Shown piece by piece: positions 10,602-20,381 of a DNA stretch of 64,000 bases. The DNA lies in assembly GCA_003142295.1 (NCBI GenBank), contig PLLV01000101.1, positions 9,781 to 73,780 of the forward strand. Direction: 5' to 3'. The notes below the pieces were generated by a model. The model saw nothing but the letters and a program-made list of their open reading frames with translations, was not told the origin of the DNA and did no database searches. A program made the position numbers and the translations under genes. How positions within the stretch are numbered: the first letter of the stretch is position 1; every line of letters starts with the position of its first letter. This DNA is from Syntrophaceae bacterium (lineage in GTDB: Bacteria; Desulfobacterota; Syntrophia; Syntrophales; UBA2185).

Positions 10602-11681
10602 TCATCTCAATTTCAAGGTGCTTATCGCCACGAGGGCCAGAAGAATGGAAATTATCCAGAAACGGACAATGACTTTCGGTTCAGCCCAGCCTTTGAGCTC
10701 GAAGTGATGGTGAAGCGGCGCCATTCTGAAGATGCGCTTGCCGTTGGACACCTTGAACCAGCCAACCTGAAAGATGACTGAAAAGGTCTCCAGGACAAAT
10801 ATTCCACCTACTATGGCAAGAAGAATCTCCTGTTTCGTAAGTATCGCGAGCGTGCCGAGGGTGCCGCCGAGGGCGAGAGAGCCCACGTCTCCCATAAATA
10901 CCTGGGCGGGGTAGGAATTGTACCAGAGAAAGCCAAGGCCGGCCCCCACTGTGGCGCCGCACACTATGGCAAGCTCCCCTGTACCCGCGACATAGGGGAT
11001 TTGCAGGTAGCCTGCAATCCTCACGTTGCCGGCAAAGTAGGCAAAGAGAAGATACGTCATGAAACATGTAATCGCAGGACCAATAGCAAGGCCGTCGAGG
11101 CCGTCTGTCAGGTTTACGGCGTTGGCGGCGCCTACGATGATGAATGTTGAAAGTACTACATATCCCCATCCAAGATCGGGGAGCGCTGTCTTGAAAAAGG
11201 GAATCGTCACATTGGAAGTAAAACCCGGCTTGATATAGAGAATGGTGCTGACAAATAGCGCTATGGCGATTTCGCCTGCGAGTCTCACCTTTCCTGAAAT
11301 TCCCCGGCTGTTCTGGCGTGTGAGTTTTTTATAGTCGTCCATGAATCCAATGAGTCCATAGCCGACGATGACCATGATAACAAGCCAGACGTAATCGACT
11401 GTCAGGTTGGCCCAGAGGAGGGTGGAAATGACGATAGAGAAAATGATAAGGATGCCTCCCATGGTGGGAGTCCCCTTTTTTGAAAGATGTGTGTCCGGCC
11501 CATCGTTCCTTATGGGCTGGCCGATTTGCAGGGACTGGAGTTTCCTGATCAGCCAGGGACCGATGACAAAGCAGATCAGCAGTGCCGTAACCGTAGCATA
11601 TATCGTCCTGAACGTGATGTACCGAAAGACATTGAAATAGGAGAATTTATCGTGAAGGGGATATAAGAGATGATAGATCAT
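10602..11681 (-). CDS. mraY: Phospho-N-acetylmuramoyl-pentapeptide transferase
   Basis: Contains MIYHLLYPL..., [13 protein letters not shown] and HHHFE. The track ORF extends to 11735 into murF. The ATG at 11681 follows a GAGGAG RBS and lies after the murF stop. Confidence 0.95.
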   Translation of the reverse strand: MIYHLLYPLHDKFSYFNVFRYITFRTIYATVTALLICFVIGPWLIRKLQSLQIGQPIRNDGPDTHLSKKGTPTMGGILIIFSIVISTLLWANLTVDYVWLVIMVIVGYGLIGFMDDYKKLTRQNSRGISGKVRLAGEIAIALFVSTILYIKPGFTSNVTIPFFKTALPDLGWGYVVLSTFIIVGAANAVNLTDGLDGLAIGPAITCFMTYLLFAYFAGNVRIAGYLQIPYVAGTGELAIVCGATVGAGLGFLWYNSYPAQVFMGDVGSLALGGTLGTLAILTKQEILLAIVGGIFVLETFSVIFQVGWFKVSNGKRIFRMAPLHHHFELKGWAEPKVIVRFWIISILLALVAISTLKLR

Positions 11682-11694
11682 TTTACAGCTCCTC

Positions 11695-13137
11695 TCATTT
11701 CTTTCCTCCGCTTTCTTCAATGCCGAAGGCTTCAATAATCTTCTCTACAGCCTGTTCCATTCTTGTCTGCCTCGACCCTTTAACGAGAATCCAGTCACCT
11801 CTCTTTACATGGGAGGCCAGACGGTCTATGATTTCATCAGGAGTTTCAAAAAAAACTATCTGACCCTTTGACATTTTTCTTTTCAATGCCCCCGCTGCCG
11901 TCGCCGGGGAGAGCCTTCCTCTGAGGTAAATGGTGTCCACCCCAGTGTCTGCCATAAGACTCCCGATACCTTCATGCATCACTTCCGCCTGCTCTCCAAG
12001 CTCAAGCATGTCACCCATGATTACTGTGCTCTTCTGATTTCCCCTCAAGTCTCTTAGAGTCTTGAGGGCTTCCCCGAAAGATGCAGGGTTGGCATTGTAT
12101 GTATCATCGATAATAAATGCTCCGTTTTTCAACCGATGTATCTCCATGCGCCCGGAGATAGGGTGGAATGCCGTTAATCCCTGACAGATCGTAGGGAAGT
12201 CAATACGCAGAGCCCAGGAAGATGCAGCGGCAGCAAGGGCATTATAGATATTGTGATTTCCCGCAGTTGACATGGTTATTTGCTGTCTGAAACTACCCAT
12301 TCTGATGGTAAAGCCCACCCCTTTCATTCCCTTTGTCTCGATGCCTTCTGCCGATACGTCGGCGTCTTTTCTGAGGCCGAAGGTTACCCTTTTTCCGCGC
12401 CAGTCTTTGTCAGTGACGAGCAGTCTCTCATCGTCGAGGTTTATGATGGCAACTCCGGCGTCCGGCATGTTCCGAAAGAGGTCCAATTTCTCTTCCCGCA
12501 CCGTCTCAACTGATTTGAAGCCTTCGAGGTGGGCCGGACCTATATTGGTGATCAGCCCGATATCAGGTTCCGCGATGTCAGTCAGCCTGCCGATTTCTCC
12601 CCTTGTGTTCGTGCCCATCTCCAGGATGGCCAGTTCATGTTGGGCGTTGATCTGGAGAATGGTCATGGGAAGACCGATAAGGTTATTGTAATTTCCCTGT
12701 GCCTTGATCACTTTCTTAGTGAGTCCGGCAATACCTGCCAGCATTTCCTTCGTCGTTGTTTTTCCGGAACTGCCTGTGATGGCAGCTACGGTGGCTTTAA
12801 ATTTCTTTCGCCAGAAATGGGCTATATCCCCGAGCGCCTTCAGGGTATCCCCAACACGGATGATGGTTGCATTTTCAAACTTCTCTTTTATTTTATTTTC
12901 GGAGCCCTTCTGCGCCAGAAAGCCGTTAGCCCCATCTCTTACTGCAGCGGCGATAAAATCATGACCATCAAATTTTTCTCCTATGAGGGGGATAAACAAA
13001 CTTCCCCGCAATATGTGCCTTGAATCCGTGGATACTCCCTTGAACAGCGTCTCCATCCCGCCGACGACTAAGGTGCCGCCTGTGGCATTTACAACTTCAT
13101 TGCCGTCCAGCTCGGGAATTGATGGCTCTGGTATCAA
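11695..13137 (-). CDS. murF: UDP-MurNAc-tripeptide--D-Ala-D-Ala ligase
   Basis: Contains [13 protein letters not shown] (P-loop) and has Mur-ligase middle and C-terminal domains. It overlaps murE by 4 nt. Confidence 0.93.
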   Translation of the reverse strand: MIPEPSIPELDGNEVVNATGGTLVVGGMETLFKGVSTDSRHILRGSLFIPLIGEKFDGHDFIAAAVRDGANGFLAQKGSENKIKEKFENATIIRVGDTLKALGDIAHFWRKKFKATVAAITGSSGKTTTKEMLAGIAGLTKKVIKAQGNYNNLIGLPMTILQINAQHELAILEMGTNTRGEIGRLTDIAEPDIGLITNIGPAHLEGFKSVETVREEKLDLFRNMPDAGVAIINLDDERLLVTDKDWRGKRVTFGLRKDADVSAEGIETKGMKGVGFTIRMGSFRQQITMSTAGNHNIYNALAAAASSWALRIDFPTICQGLTAFHPISGRMEIHRLKNGAFIIDDTYNANPASFGEALKTLRDLRGNQKSTVIMGDMLELGEQAEVMHEGIGSLMADTGVDTIYLRGRLSPATAAGALKRKMSKGQIVFFETPDEIIDRLASHVKRGDWILVKGSRQTRMEQAVEKIIEAFGIEESGGKK

Positions 13138-14675
13138 TGTTTTCCCTCATGCCGTTTATTCATCAAGGCTTCTTTGGCGACATGCCTGTCATCAAAGGAG
13201 ATCCTTTTTTCTCCGATTATCTGATAATCCTCATGTCCCTTACCGGCGATGATAATGATGTCTGATATGTCGGCAAGGGCGACTGCCGTTTCGATCGCCT
13301 CTCTGCGATCGGGAATCACTACATAACCTTTTTCATTTGCATTTTTTTTAAGCTCTCCGGGAAGGAGCTTCCTGGCGGAGTTTCCGCCCATCCCCTTTTC
13401 TATTTCCCCGATAATGGAGAGCGGTTCTTCCGTTCTCGGGTTGTCCGAAGTCAGAATGGCCAGGTCGCTCCAGGCAGTGGCGGCCTTTCCCATTAGAGGT
13501 CTTTTCCCGCGGTCCCTGTCGCCTCCGCAGCCGAATACGGTGATGATGCGCCCCTTCTTGAACGGGGATAGATTCTGTAACACCCGCTGCAGCGCATCTT
13601 CAGTGTGCGCATAATCGACGAAGACCACCGGTTCGCCGGGAACACTTATCTTTTCAAGCCGGCCGGGTACATTTGTCAAATTTTCTACACCCGTAAGAAT
13701 GGATCCTTCAGGTATGGCCAGCGCGGAGGCTGCTGTTACGGAAGCCAGTATATTGTACAGGTTGAATTTTCCGATGAGCGGGGAAAATATGGCAAAGCGG
13801 TTGCCGCCTGCATTTATCTCTGCCCTTGTCCCTTCCAGAGAAAATGTGTACCCATCGGCAGTCATATCGCATTTATTTTCAATGCCGAATGTCCGGTAAG
13901 GGAGTTTTGAACCTGCCTCACCAACGATTCTCTGCCCCCAAGGGTCATCTCCGTTAATGATCATCCTGTATGCATAATTTTTTTTGCCCGCCTGGATAAT
14001 CTCTGCAAAGAAGCGCTTTTTCGCCTGGAAATAATTCTCCAAAGTCTCATGATAATCCAGATGATCCTGCGAGAGGTTTGTGAAGATGCCCATGTCGAAA
14101 GAGCATTCATCGACCCTTCTTAGATCGACTGCGTGGGAAGAAACCTCCATAACAACGTGGGTGACGCCTTTATCGACCATAATTCTCAATATACTCTGCA
14201 GCTCATATGACTCCGGTGTCGTATGCGGGGCAGGCATCACTTTATCGTTAAACCGGTAGTTGACCGTTCCCAATACCCCGACGGAGAATCCTGCGGCTTT
14301 AAGAATTGCTTCCAGTAAGTAGGTCACCGTTGTTTTTCCGTTTGTCCCCGTGACGCCTATTAGACAAAGGCGGGAAGAAGGGTCGCTGTAAAAATTCTTT
14401 CCGAGGACGCCAAGGATTGCGCGGCTATTGGGGACCCTGATGGACGTTACTCCGGGCGGCGGGGAATAATCTTTTTCGTGAACGATGAATTTCGCGCCCC
14501 GGTCAACTGCTTCTTCTATATATGCATGACCGTCGAGTTTCAGACCGCTTACAGCCACAAAGAGGCTGTCTCTTTCGCAGTTTCTTGAATCATAGCAAAT
14601 GGCTGAGACTTCTCCTGAAAGGATTCCAGAAACCTGGATGATGTCGATATCCTTTATCACAGCCTGTATTTGCAC
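13134..14675 (-). CDS. murE: UDP-MurNAc-L-Ala-D-Glu--2,6-diaminopimelate ligase
   Basis: Contains VTGTNGKTTVTYL and the DNPR motif (TSDNPRTEEP), which is typical of meso-DAP-adding MurE. Confidence 0.93.
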   Translation of the reverse strand: MQIQAVIKDIDIIQVSGILSGEVSAICYDSRNCERDSLFVAVSGLKLDGHAYIEEAVDRGAKFIVHEKDYSPPPGVTSIRVPNSRAILGVLGKNFYSDPSSRLCLIGVTGTNGKTTVTYLLEAILKAAGFSVGVLGTVNYRFNDKVMPAPHTTPESYELQSILRIMVDKGVTHVVMEVSSHAVDLRRVDECSFDMGIFTNLSQDHLDYHETLENYFQAKKRFFAEIIQAGKKNYAYRMIINGDDPWGQRIVGEAGSKLPYRTFGIENKCDMTADGYTFSLEGTRAEINAGGNRFAIFSPLIGKFNLYNILASVTAASALAIPEGSILTGVENLTNVPGRLEKISVPGEPVVFVDYAHTEDALQRVLQNLSPFKKGRIITVFGCGGDRDRGKRPLMGKAATAWSDLAILTSDNPRTEEPLSIIGEIEKGMGGNSARKLLPGELKKNANEKGYVVIPDRREAIETAVALADISDIIIIAGKGHEDYQIIGEKRISFDDRHVAKEALMNKRHEGKH

Positions 14676-14684
14676 ATTGGTTCC

Positions 14685-16679
14685 TCAATAGCCCGTGCTG
14701 AAAGAAACAGCGCAGGACCGATGATTGCGTATGGGCATGCCGGGCTTGGGCTCCTGACTCACTGCCCAGCCGGTCCCTGCCACTTTTATGTCAAGCCCTT
14801 TTTCCCTTACCTTTTTCAGTACGTCTCTCATGGTCATTCCGGTAAAATCTGGCATGAACGGTTCATCCATGCCATTTTCCATATCGTTGTGTCTGCTTAT
14901 TATTTGAGGTGCAGACACGAGTTTTAATTTAATACCATTCGTTTTCTCCTCTTCAAGAACGGGAAAAGGAGCTTCTCTAATATCTGTTTTGAAATATGTC
15001 AAGATCTGTTCACCAATATTTTTGAAAACAGGCGCTGCGGCCAATCCGCCCCACTTGTCCCTCTGCGGCTCGTCGAGTGTCACCAGAATGGCAACCTGCG
15101 GATCTTCGGCGGGGAAGAATCCCATAAAGGAGGTGCGGACCCTTTCAGAAGAATAGGCGCGTCGGGAAAAATCAAACTTTTGAGAAGTTCCCGTTTTGCC
15201 TGCCACGGCAACGTTCGGAATCTGGGCTTTCTTGCCGGTTCCGTCATCATCTCCGACTACATCTTTCAGGATGGCCGTAAGTCTTTTTGCTGTTTTCGGC
15301 GATATGACCTGTCTCACAGGAGTGGGTGCGACTTTCTTAATAATCTGTCCCTGCTTGTTAACAACTGCACGCACGATATGGGGCTTCATCAGCATGCCTT
15401 CGTTTGCTATGGCAGAAAGAGCTGTGATAAGCTGAATGGCCGTGACAGAAATACCCTGTCCGAAGGCAATGGTCGACGTATCAACCCTTGTCCAGTTTTG
15501 CTGCGGCCTCAATAGTCCGCTGACCTCGCCGGGAAGATCGATCCCCGTCTTTGAGCCGAAGCCAAATTGTGTAATATAGTGGTAGAATTTTTCTTTCTTC
15601 AGCTTTTCGGAGATCTTCACGCATCCGATATTGCTCGAATACTTCAGCACATCGTGAAAAGTAAGAGACCCGTACCTTTTCTTGTTCGCCTCGTGGAAGG
15701 TCCTGTCTGATACCGCATATGTTCCATTTTCACAGTTAAATCTGTCCGTTTCCTTGACTATGCCTTCCTCGAGGGCGCCCGCTGCGAGAAAAGGCTTGAA
15801 GGTTGAGCCCGGATCGAAGCAATCAGTGATGACCTTATTTTTTCCTTTGCCGAGATTGTAGCTGGAAAATTTGTTTGGATCGAAGCCCGGTTGATCGGCG
15901 AGAGCGAGTATTTCGCCGGTCTTGGGGTCCATGACGACGACGAAGCCGCCCTTTGCGCCTTTCGCCGTAATCGCTTCCTGCAGATTCGATTCAACGATAT
16001 GCTGGATGCGGTTGTCGATCGTCAAAATGAGATTATATCCTTCTTCCTGTTGGACGACGGGTTTTTCAGTCCGCGGATACAATCGGTTCCCCCTGGCATC
16101 CCGTGCCCAGATTAGCTTTTCCGGCGTTGCCTTCAAATAGTTATTATATTTGAGCTCCAGTCCCTCGAGGCCGGTGTAGTCCAATCCTACGAAGCCGATA
16201 AGGCGGCCGGCCAGTTCCCCGTTTGGATAAAAGCGTTTCGGTTCCTTAATCAAAAAGACGTTATCGATATTCAGGGCCTCTATCCTGCTCGCCTGGTCGG
16301 GAGGGATTTTTCTGGCTAACCAGCAGAAATTTTTTGAGCCTGAAAGTTTTTTTGTAATAGTTTCCTTATCTATATTGAGAATCGGGGCTAATACTCCGGC
16401 GACTTCAGAGGAATTGCTTATCTTCGATGGGTCAGCAAAGACGGAACTCACCATAGTGCTCGCGGCGAGTTTCTCGCCGTTGCGATCGAAGATAATGCCC
16501 CTCTCCGGTTCAATCTGCAGCGTCTTTATGTGTTGCCGCTCTGCAAGAGTTTTCAGGAGTTTCCCGGAAAGTACCTGAATCTGGAATGCTCTCGATATGA
16601 GGGCAATAAAAAGCACCAAGAAAAATACCAGTATAGTAACAATCCTGAATCTCAGCCATTTTTTTGATTCACCCGTCAT
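14685..16679 (-). CDS. ftsI: Division transpeptidase PBP3/FtsI with C-terminal PASTA domain
   Basis: Carries SxxK (GSTFKPF), SxN (YSSNIG) and KTG (GKTGTS). The C-terminal ~60 aa (MPDFTGMTMRDVLKKVREKGLDIKVAGTGWAVSQEPKPG) fit the PASTA pattern. Confidence 0.93.
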   Translation of the reverse strand: MTGESKKWLRFRIVTILVFFLVLFIALISRAFQIQVLSGKLLKTLAERQHIKTLQIEPERGIIFDRNGEKLAASTMVSSVFADPSKISNSSEVAGVLAPILNIDKETITKKLSGSKNFCWLARKIPPDQASRIEALNIDNVFLIKEPKRFYPNGELAGRLIGFVGLDYTGLEGLELKYNNYLKATPEKLIWARDARGNRLYPRTEKPVVQQEEGYNLILTIDNRIQHIVESNLQEAITAKGAKGGFVVVMDPKTGEILALADQPGFDPNKFSSYNLGKGKNKVITDCFDPGSTFKPFLAAGALEEGIVKETDRFNCENGTYAVSDRTFHEANKKRYGSLTFHDVLKYSSNIGCVKISEKLKKEKFYHYITQFGFGSKTGIDLPGEVSGLLRPQQNWTRVDTSTIAFGQGISVTAIQLITALSAIANEGMLMKPHIVRAVVNKQGQIIKKVAPTPVRQVISPKTAKRLTAILKDVVGDDDGTGKKAQIPNVAVAGKTGTSQKFDFSRRAYSSERVRTSFMGFFPAEDPQVAILVTLDEPQRDKWGGLAAAPVFKNIGEQILTYFKTDIREAPFPVLEEEKTNGIKLKLVSAPQIISRHNDMENGMDEPFMPDFTGMTMRDVLKKVREKGLDIKVAGTGWAVSQEPKPGMPIRNHRSCAVSFSTGY

Positions 16680-17053
16680 TACTGCACTCCCTGATTATTA
16701 GGAACCTGCTTTATTACGTTTGCCGTATCATCGTTATTGAGGATTATGACCTGATCCCTTGTAGGATATGTCATCTGCAATTGCTCTTTCGCTATTGCCT
16801 CAAGTCGCTGGGGTGATTTCAAGGTTGCGATCTCAACTTTCAACTTCCTCTGTTCCTCGACAAGTTTTTCTTTTATACTCATTTCTGCTGCAACCATGTA
16901 CTCCAGCTCTGTCATATGGATATGTGACCACACATAAATAAGGGCGACTGCCATAAGCACTAAAGTGACAAAGATAAAATTCGAATATTTTATCTGGGTG
17001 GAGGACTTCTCTACATCGCAGACATTTCCATGAATGACTTCTTCCGACTGCAT
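16679..17053 (-). CDS. ftsL: Cell division protein FtsL-like (small bitopic coiled-coil protein)
   Basis: The 124-aa product has one TM segment (FIFVTLVLMAVALIYVW) followed by a coiled coil. It sits between rsmH and ftsI. Confidence 0.75.
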   Translation of the reverse strand: MQSEEVIHGNVCDVEKSSTQIKYSNFIFVTLVLMAVALIYVWSHIHMTELEYMVAAEMSIKEKLVEEQRKLKVEIATLKSPQRLEAIAKEQLQMTYPTRDQVIILNNDDTANVIKQVPNNQGVQ

Positions 17054-17056
17054 TTC

Positions 17057-17992
17057 CTAAATCCTCTCGGCTGTTCTCAGTTTGGCGCTTCTTGCCTTCG
17101 GATTAGATTCAATTTCAGAAGCCGCGGGTGTTATCGGTTTTCTGGTGATTACCTTCAACTTGGCTTTTCTATGACAGGCGCACACAGGTAAGGAGGGAGG
17201 GCAGATGCATTCCTTCTCCCACGAGCGGAAGCCGTCTTTAACAATCCTGTCTTCCAGGGAGTGAAACGATATGATGGAAAAGCGCCCCGACGTCCTGAGT
17301 ACATCCACTCCGCGATTTATGGCATCATGAAGATTTAGAAGCTCGTTATTGACATATATCCTGATTGCCTGGAAGGTTCGAGTTGCGGGATGAATTCTCT
17401 TTGTCTTGAATGGGGAGGGTAAGGCCTTGACAATAGCATCGGCAAGTTCTGCCGTTGTTTTGATGGGAGACGTTTTTCTTCGCATGGAGATCATCTTTAC
17501 AATCCTGCTTGCCATTATCTCCTCGCCATAATCCTTGATGATCCTCTCCAACTCTTTTTCCGGAAATGTGTTGATAATATCGTAAGCACAGAGACCCCGG
17601 CTCTGATCCATTCGCATATCGAGGGCAGCATTCAAAGAAAAGCTGAAACCCCTGTGCGCTGTTTTCAGCTGATGAGCAGAGACCCCCAAGTCGAGCAGGA
17701 TGCCATCAACTTCCCTGATATTCAAAGAGTCTAAGATTGCATCTATATCTGCGAAATTACCCTTTACGAGGATCTTTCTGCTGCCAAAGGGCATTAATCG
17801 TTTTTCCGATTCCCGGAGCGCATCATCATCGACGTCCAGACCTATCAATAAGCCGTCTGGTGCGGTATGTTGAAGAATCTTACCGGCATGTCCTCCTCCC
17901 CCTACAGTCCCGTCAACATAGATGCCTCCGGGACGGCAACGAAGGGATTCAACAACCTCACTCTGCATGACTGGTATATGAAAGGAGCACAT
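17057..17992 (-). CDS. rsmH: 16S rRNA m4C1402 methyltransferase RsmH (MraW)
   Basis: Contains HIPVM...YVDGTVGGGGHA, LDLGVS and FHSLEDR motifs. Confidence 0.95.
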   Translation of the reverse strand: MCSFHIPVMQSEVVESLRCRPGGIYVDGTVGGGGHAGKILQHTAPDGLLIGLDVDDDALRESEKRLMPFGSRKILVKGNFADIDAILDSLNIREVDGILLDLGVSAHQLKTAHRGFSFSLNAALDMRMDQSRGLCAYDIINTFPEKELERIIKDYGEEIMASRIVKMISMRRKTSPIKTTAELADAIVKALPSPFKTKRIHPATRTFQAIRIYVNNELLNLHDAINRGVDVLRTSGRFSIISFHSLEDRIVKDGFRSWEKECICPPSLPVCACHRKAKLKVITRKPITPAASEIESNPKARSAKLRTAERI

Positions 17993-18007
17993 TCCATGGG
18001 CCTTTTT

Positions 18008-18472
18008 CTATATTCCCAGATCCGCCATATATTTACTGAAGCTATCGATATCGATTGCGCTTTTCTTCATCTCTTCATCGAAGCGTTCATTACCCCATAT
18101 CTCTATGACCTTAATCATACCTGCCAGGACTATATCTTTATCAAGACCCGCATATTCTCGAAGGTTGGGAGGAATGAGAACCCGGCCCTGGCTGTCAAAG
18201 GAGCAATCAACAGCGCCGGACATGAAAAAACGCTGAAAGGCCCTAACTTCTTTTCTGAATAGAGACTGATGGCTGACCTTCTCCTCGAGGATCCGCCATT
18301 CGTCATAGGGAAAGACCATCAGGTAATTGTCCCAGTTTGTAATAACCAGCCTGCTGTCGTATTTCTCGGCGAAAACTTCCCGAAGTCTTGCGGGAAAGAT
18401 GATCCGGCCCTTGGCATCTATGGAATGATGATACTGACCCCTGAAGACGGACACGATAGTTTCCCTCCACAA
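18008..18472 (-). CDS. mraZ: Transcriptional regulator MraZ
   Basis: The 154-aa product has duplicated halves: [14 protein letters not shown] and [14 protein letters not shown]. It is the first gene of the dcw cluster. Confidence 0.95.
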   Translation of the reverse strand: MWRETIVSVFRGQYHHSIDAKGRIIFPARLREVFAEKYDSRLVITNWDNYLMVFPYDEWRILEEKVSHQSLFRKEVRAFQRFFMSGAVDCSFDSQGRVLIPPNLREYAGLDKDIVLAGMIKVIEIWGNERFDEEMKKSAIDIDSFSKYMADLGI

Positions 18473-18535
18473 TAAGCCACTTTACTCCACTTGGCCTAAC
18501 TATAAGGAGGGAAAATTTGTTTGTCAAGAAAAAAA

Positions 18536-19558
18536 TTACTCTTTTTTTCTATTAATTTGATATTTTAAGACCGCTCTATTATGAGCGGAAAGGCTGGATG
18601 AGAATTTGTGGGAGCCGTCGTTATTGGAAACGAAGTAAAGGTAATTGCCAGGGGCGGGGTAGAGGGCTGCCTGCAATGAATCAATGGCCGGATTTGCGAT
18701 GGGGCCGGGAGGCAATCCATTGATTATATATGTATTATACGGTGTCTTTCTAAGAAGGTGCTTTTTCTTTATTACTCTTGTAATGGACTTGAGATCATAA
18801 ACGGCCGTAGGATCGCTTTGCAGTCTCATTCTTTTTTTTAGTCGATTATGAAAAACAGCTGAGACTAATGGTTTTTCATCTTTAAAACCCGATTCCTTGC
18901 CGATTATGGAAGCGAGTGTTACAACCTGGGGTATCGTCATGCCGAGTTCTTCTGCCCGTTCTTGCATCTCATGGGTAAACGTTTTCCAGAATTTATCAAC
19001 CATGGTCTTGATTATATCTCTTGCGCCCGTCGATTTGTCAAATATGTATGTATCGGGATACAGATATCCTTCGGCGCTTCTGCCCTCTATGTCCAATGAG
19101 GCAACGAACTTTGCATCTCCGGAGAGGGACACAAACGCCTTCTCGTCGACTAATTTGAAAGAGGCCAGGCGAGCGGCAATCTCGAGGACCGTGAAATCCT
19201 CGGGAATGGTAACTTTATATGAAATAATATCGCCCTTCACCAGCTTATTGATGATATCCAGCGGTGACATAGATGTTGCCAGTTCATATTCACCTGCCCT
19301 GATGTTGCCCTGTGCATTTCTTGCAATCACCAATGCATAAAACAGATATTTATTCTTTATGAGCCCCGCGTTTTCAAGCAGGTCAACTGATCGGAGGAAA
19401 CTCGTCCCTCTGGGAATATCTACTGTGACAATCTCATTACGACAGTCTATGGGGCTTAAGGCATAGTAGAGACCTGCCAACAGAATAAAAAAGAATAAGA
19501 CCATGAAGAGGACGGCAGGGCTTTTTCTGTGTTTACGAGTTGTAGTTCGAATTCGCAT
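18536..19558 (-). CDS. mltG: Endolytic murein transglycosylase MltG (YceG family)
   Basis: The 340-aa product has an N-terminal TM segment and YceG-like motifs (ASIIGKES, LQSDPT, YNTY). It lies downstream of ruvX, as in many bacteria. Confidence 0.9.
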   Translation of the reverse strand: MRIRTTTRKHRKSPAVLFMVLFFFILLAGLYYALSPIDCRNEIVTVDIPRGTSFLRSVDLLENAGLIKNKYLFYALVIARNAQGNIRAGEYELATSMSPLDIINKLVKGDIISYKVTIPEDFTVLEIAARLASFKLVDEKAFVSLSGDAKFVASLDIEGRSAEGYLYPDTYIFDKSTGARDIIKTMVDKFWKTFTHEMQERAEELGMTIPQVVTLASIIGKESGFKDEKPLVSAVFHNRLKKRMRLQSDPTAVYDLKSITRVIKKKHLLRKTPYNTYIINGLPPGPIANPAIDSLQAALYPAPGNYLYFVSNNDGSHKFSSSLSAHNRAVLKYQINRKKE

Positions 19559-19578
19559 GAATTCAGTCTACCTGATAA

Positions 19579-20016
19579 CTACTGAGATTTCTTATGGCTT
19601 TCCTGGGAGTCCAGATATCCCTGGAGAATCAAACTGGCGGCGACCCTATCCACTATATTCTTTCTCTTGTCTCTTCGCATGTTAGCCCGAATGAGGATTT
19701 CTTCCGCCTCCTTTGTTGACAGCGTTTCATCCCATTTTATGACAGGCAGGGAGAATGTGGATTCCAAGAGAGATGCAAATTTGCCGACTTTTTCGCACTG
19801 AATGCCTTCGGTGCCATCGAGTCTTATGGGATAGCCGATCACAATTTTATCCACATTATAAGTCCTGATGAATCCGGCAATTTCTTCCAGATCATGCCTA
19901 CGATTTTTCCGGGTAATGGTGGCGAGCCCCTGGGCCGTCATGCCAAGCTCATCACAAACGGCGACGCCTATTCTTTTACTGCCGTAATCGAGACCTAGTA
20001 TCCTCATAGAACCCAT
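19579..20016 (-). CDS. ruvX: Holliday-junction-resolvase-like pre-16S rRNA nuclease RuvX (YqgF)
   Basis: Contains MRILGLDYGSKRIGVAV and LSTKEAE. The product is 145 aa. Confidence 0.92.
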   Translation of the reverse strand: MGSMRILGLDYGSKRIGVAVCDELGMTAQGLATITRKNRRHDLEEIAGFIRTYNVDKIVIGYPIRLDGTEGIQCEKVGKFASLLESTFSLPVIKWDETLSTKEAEEILIRANMRRDKRKNIVDRVAASLILQGYLDSQESHKKSQ

Positions 20017-20191
20017 GATCCTCTTTAAAAGGGATCAATGCTAACAAATTTAATCTGGACATTTCAAGTGGAGAATTATCGTCTCGCCTTGAGTGAAAAG
20101 CTAAGGCATTGAAATATCAAAGATGAGCGGTCACTAGAAAAGCGTGCTTTCTTCATGGATAGGATTGAATTGCAGGCAATATAGAAGGAAG

Positions 20192-20353
20192 ATGTCCACC
20201 ATGTCAACGGAATTTGAACAACAAAATATAGTGAGTGACGATACGGGACTTGATGAGAGTGCCAAAACTTATTTTCAGGATGACTGCACGGTGACGGAGA
20301 TAGTAAAGGTTGCCGGCTTCGCGGTGCATAATGTAAAAATTTGTTATTGTTAA
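20192..20353 (+). CDS. Hypothetical small acidic protein (53 aa) ending in KICYC
   Basis: This is the ORF in the ruvX/selB divergent region. An AAGGA lies just upstream, but the spacing is poor (2 nt to the ATG at 20192, 11 nt to the ATG at 20201). I recognised no family. Confidence 0.3.
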   Translation: MSTMSTEFEQQNIVSDDTGLDESAKTYFQDDCTVTEIVKVAGFAVHNVKICYC

Positions 20354-20381
20354 ACGTCAGGTAGTTTGTTATTTAAGTCTC

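Noticed and set aside
10681-11169. A 162-aa minus-strand ORF rich in Arg and Pro.
   Set aside because: It is an alternative frame inside mraY, and its composition is that of an out-of-frame translation.
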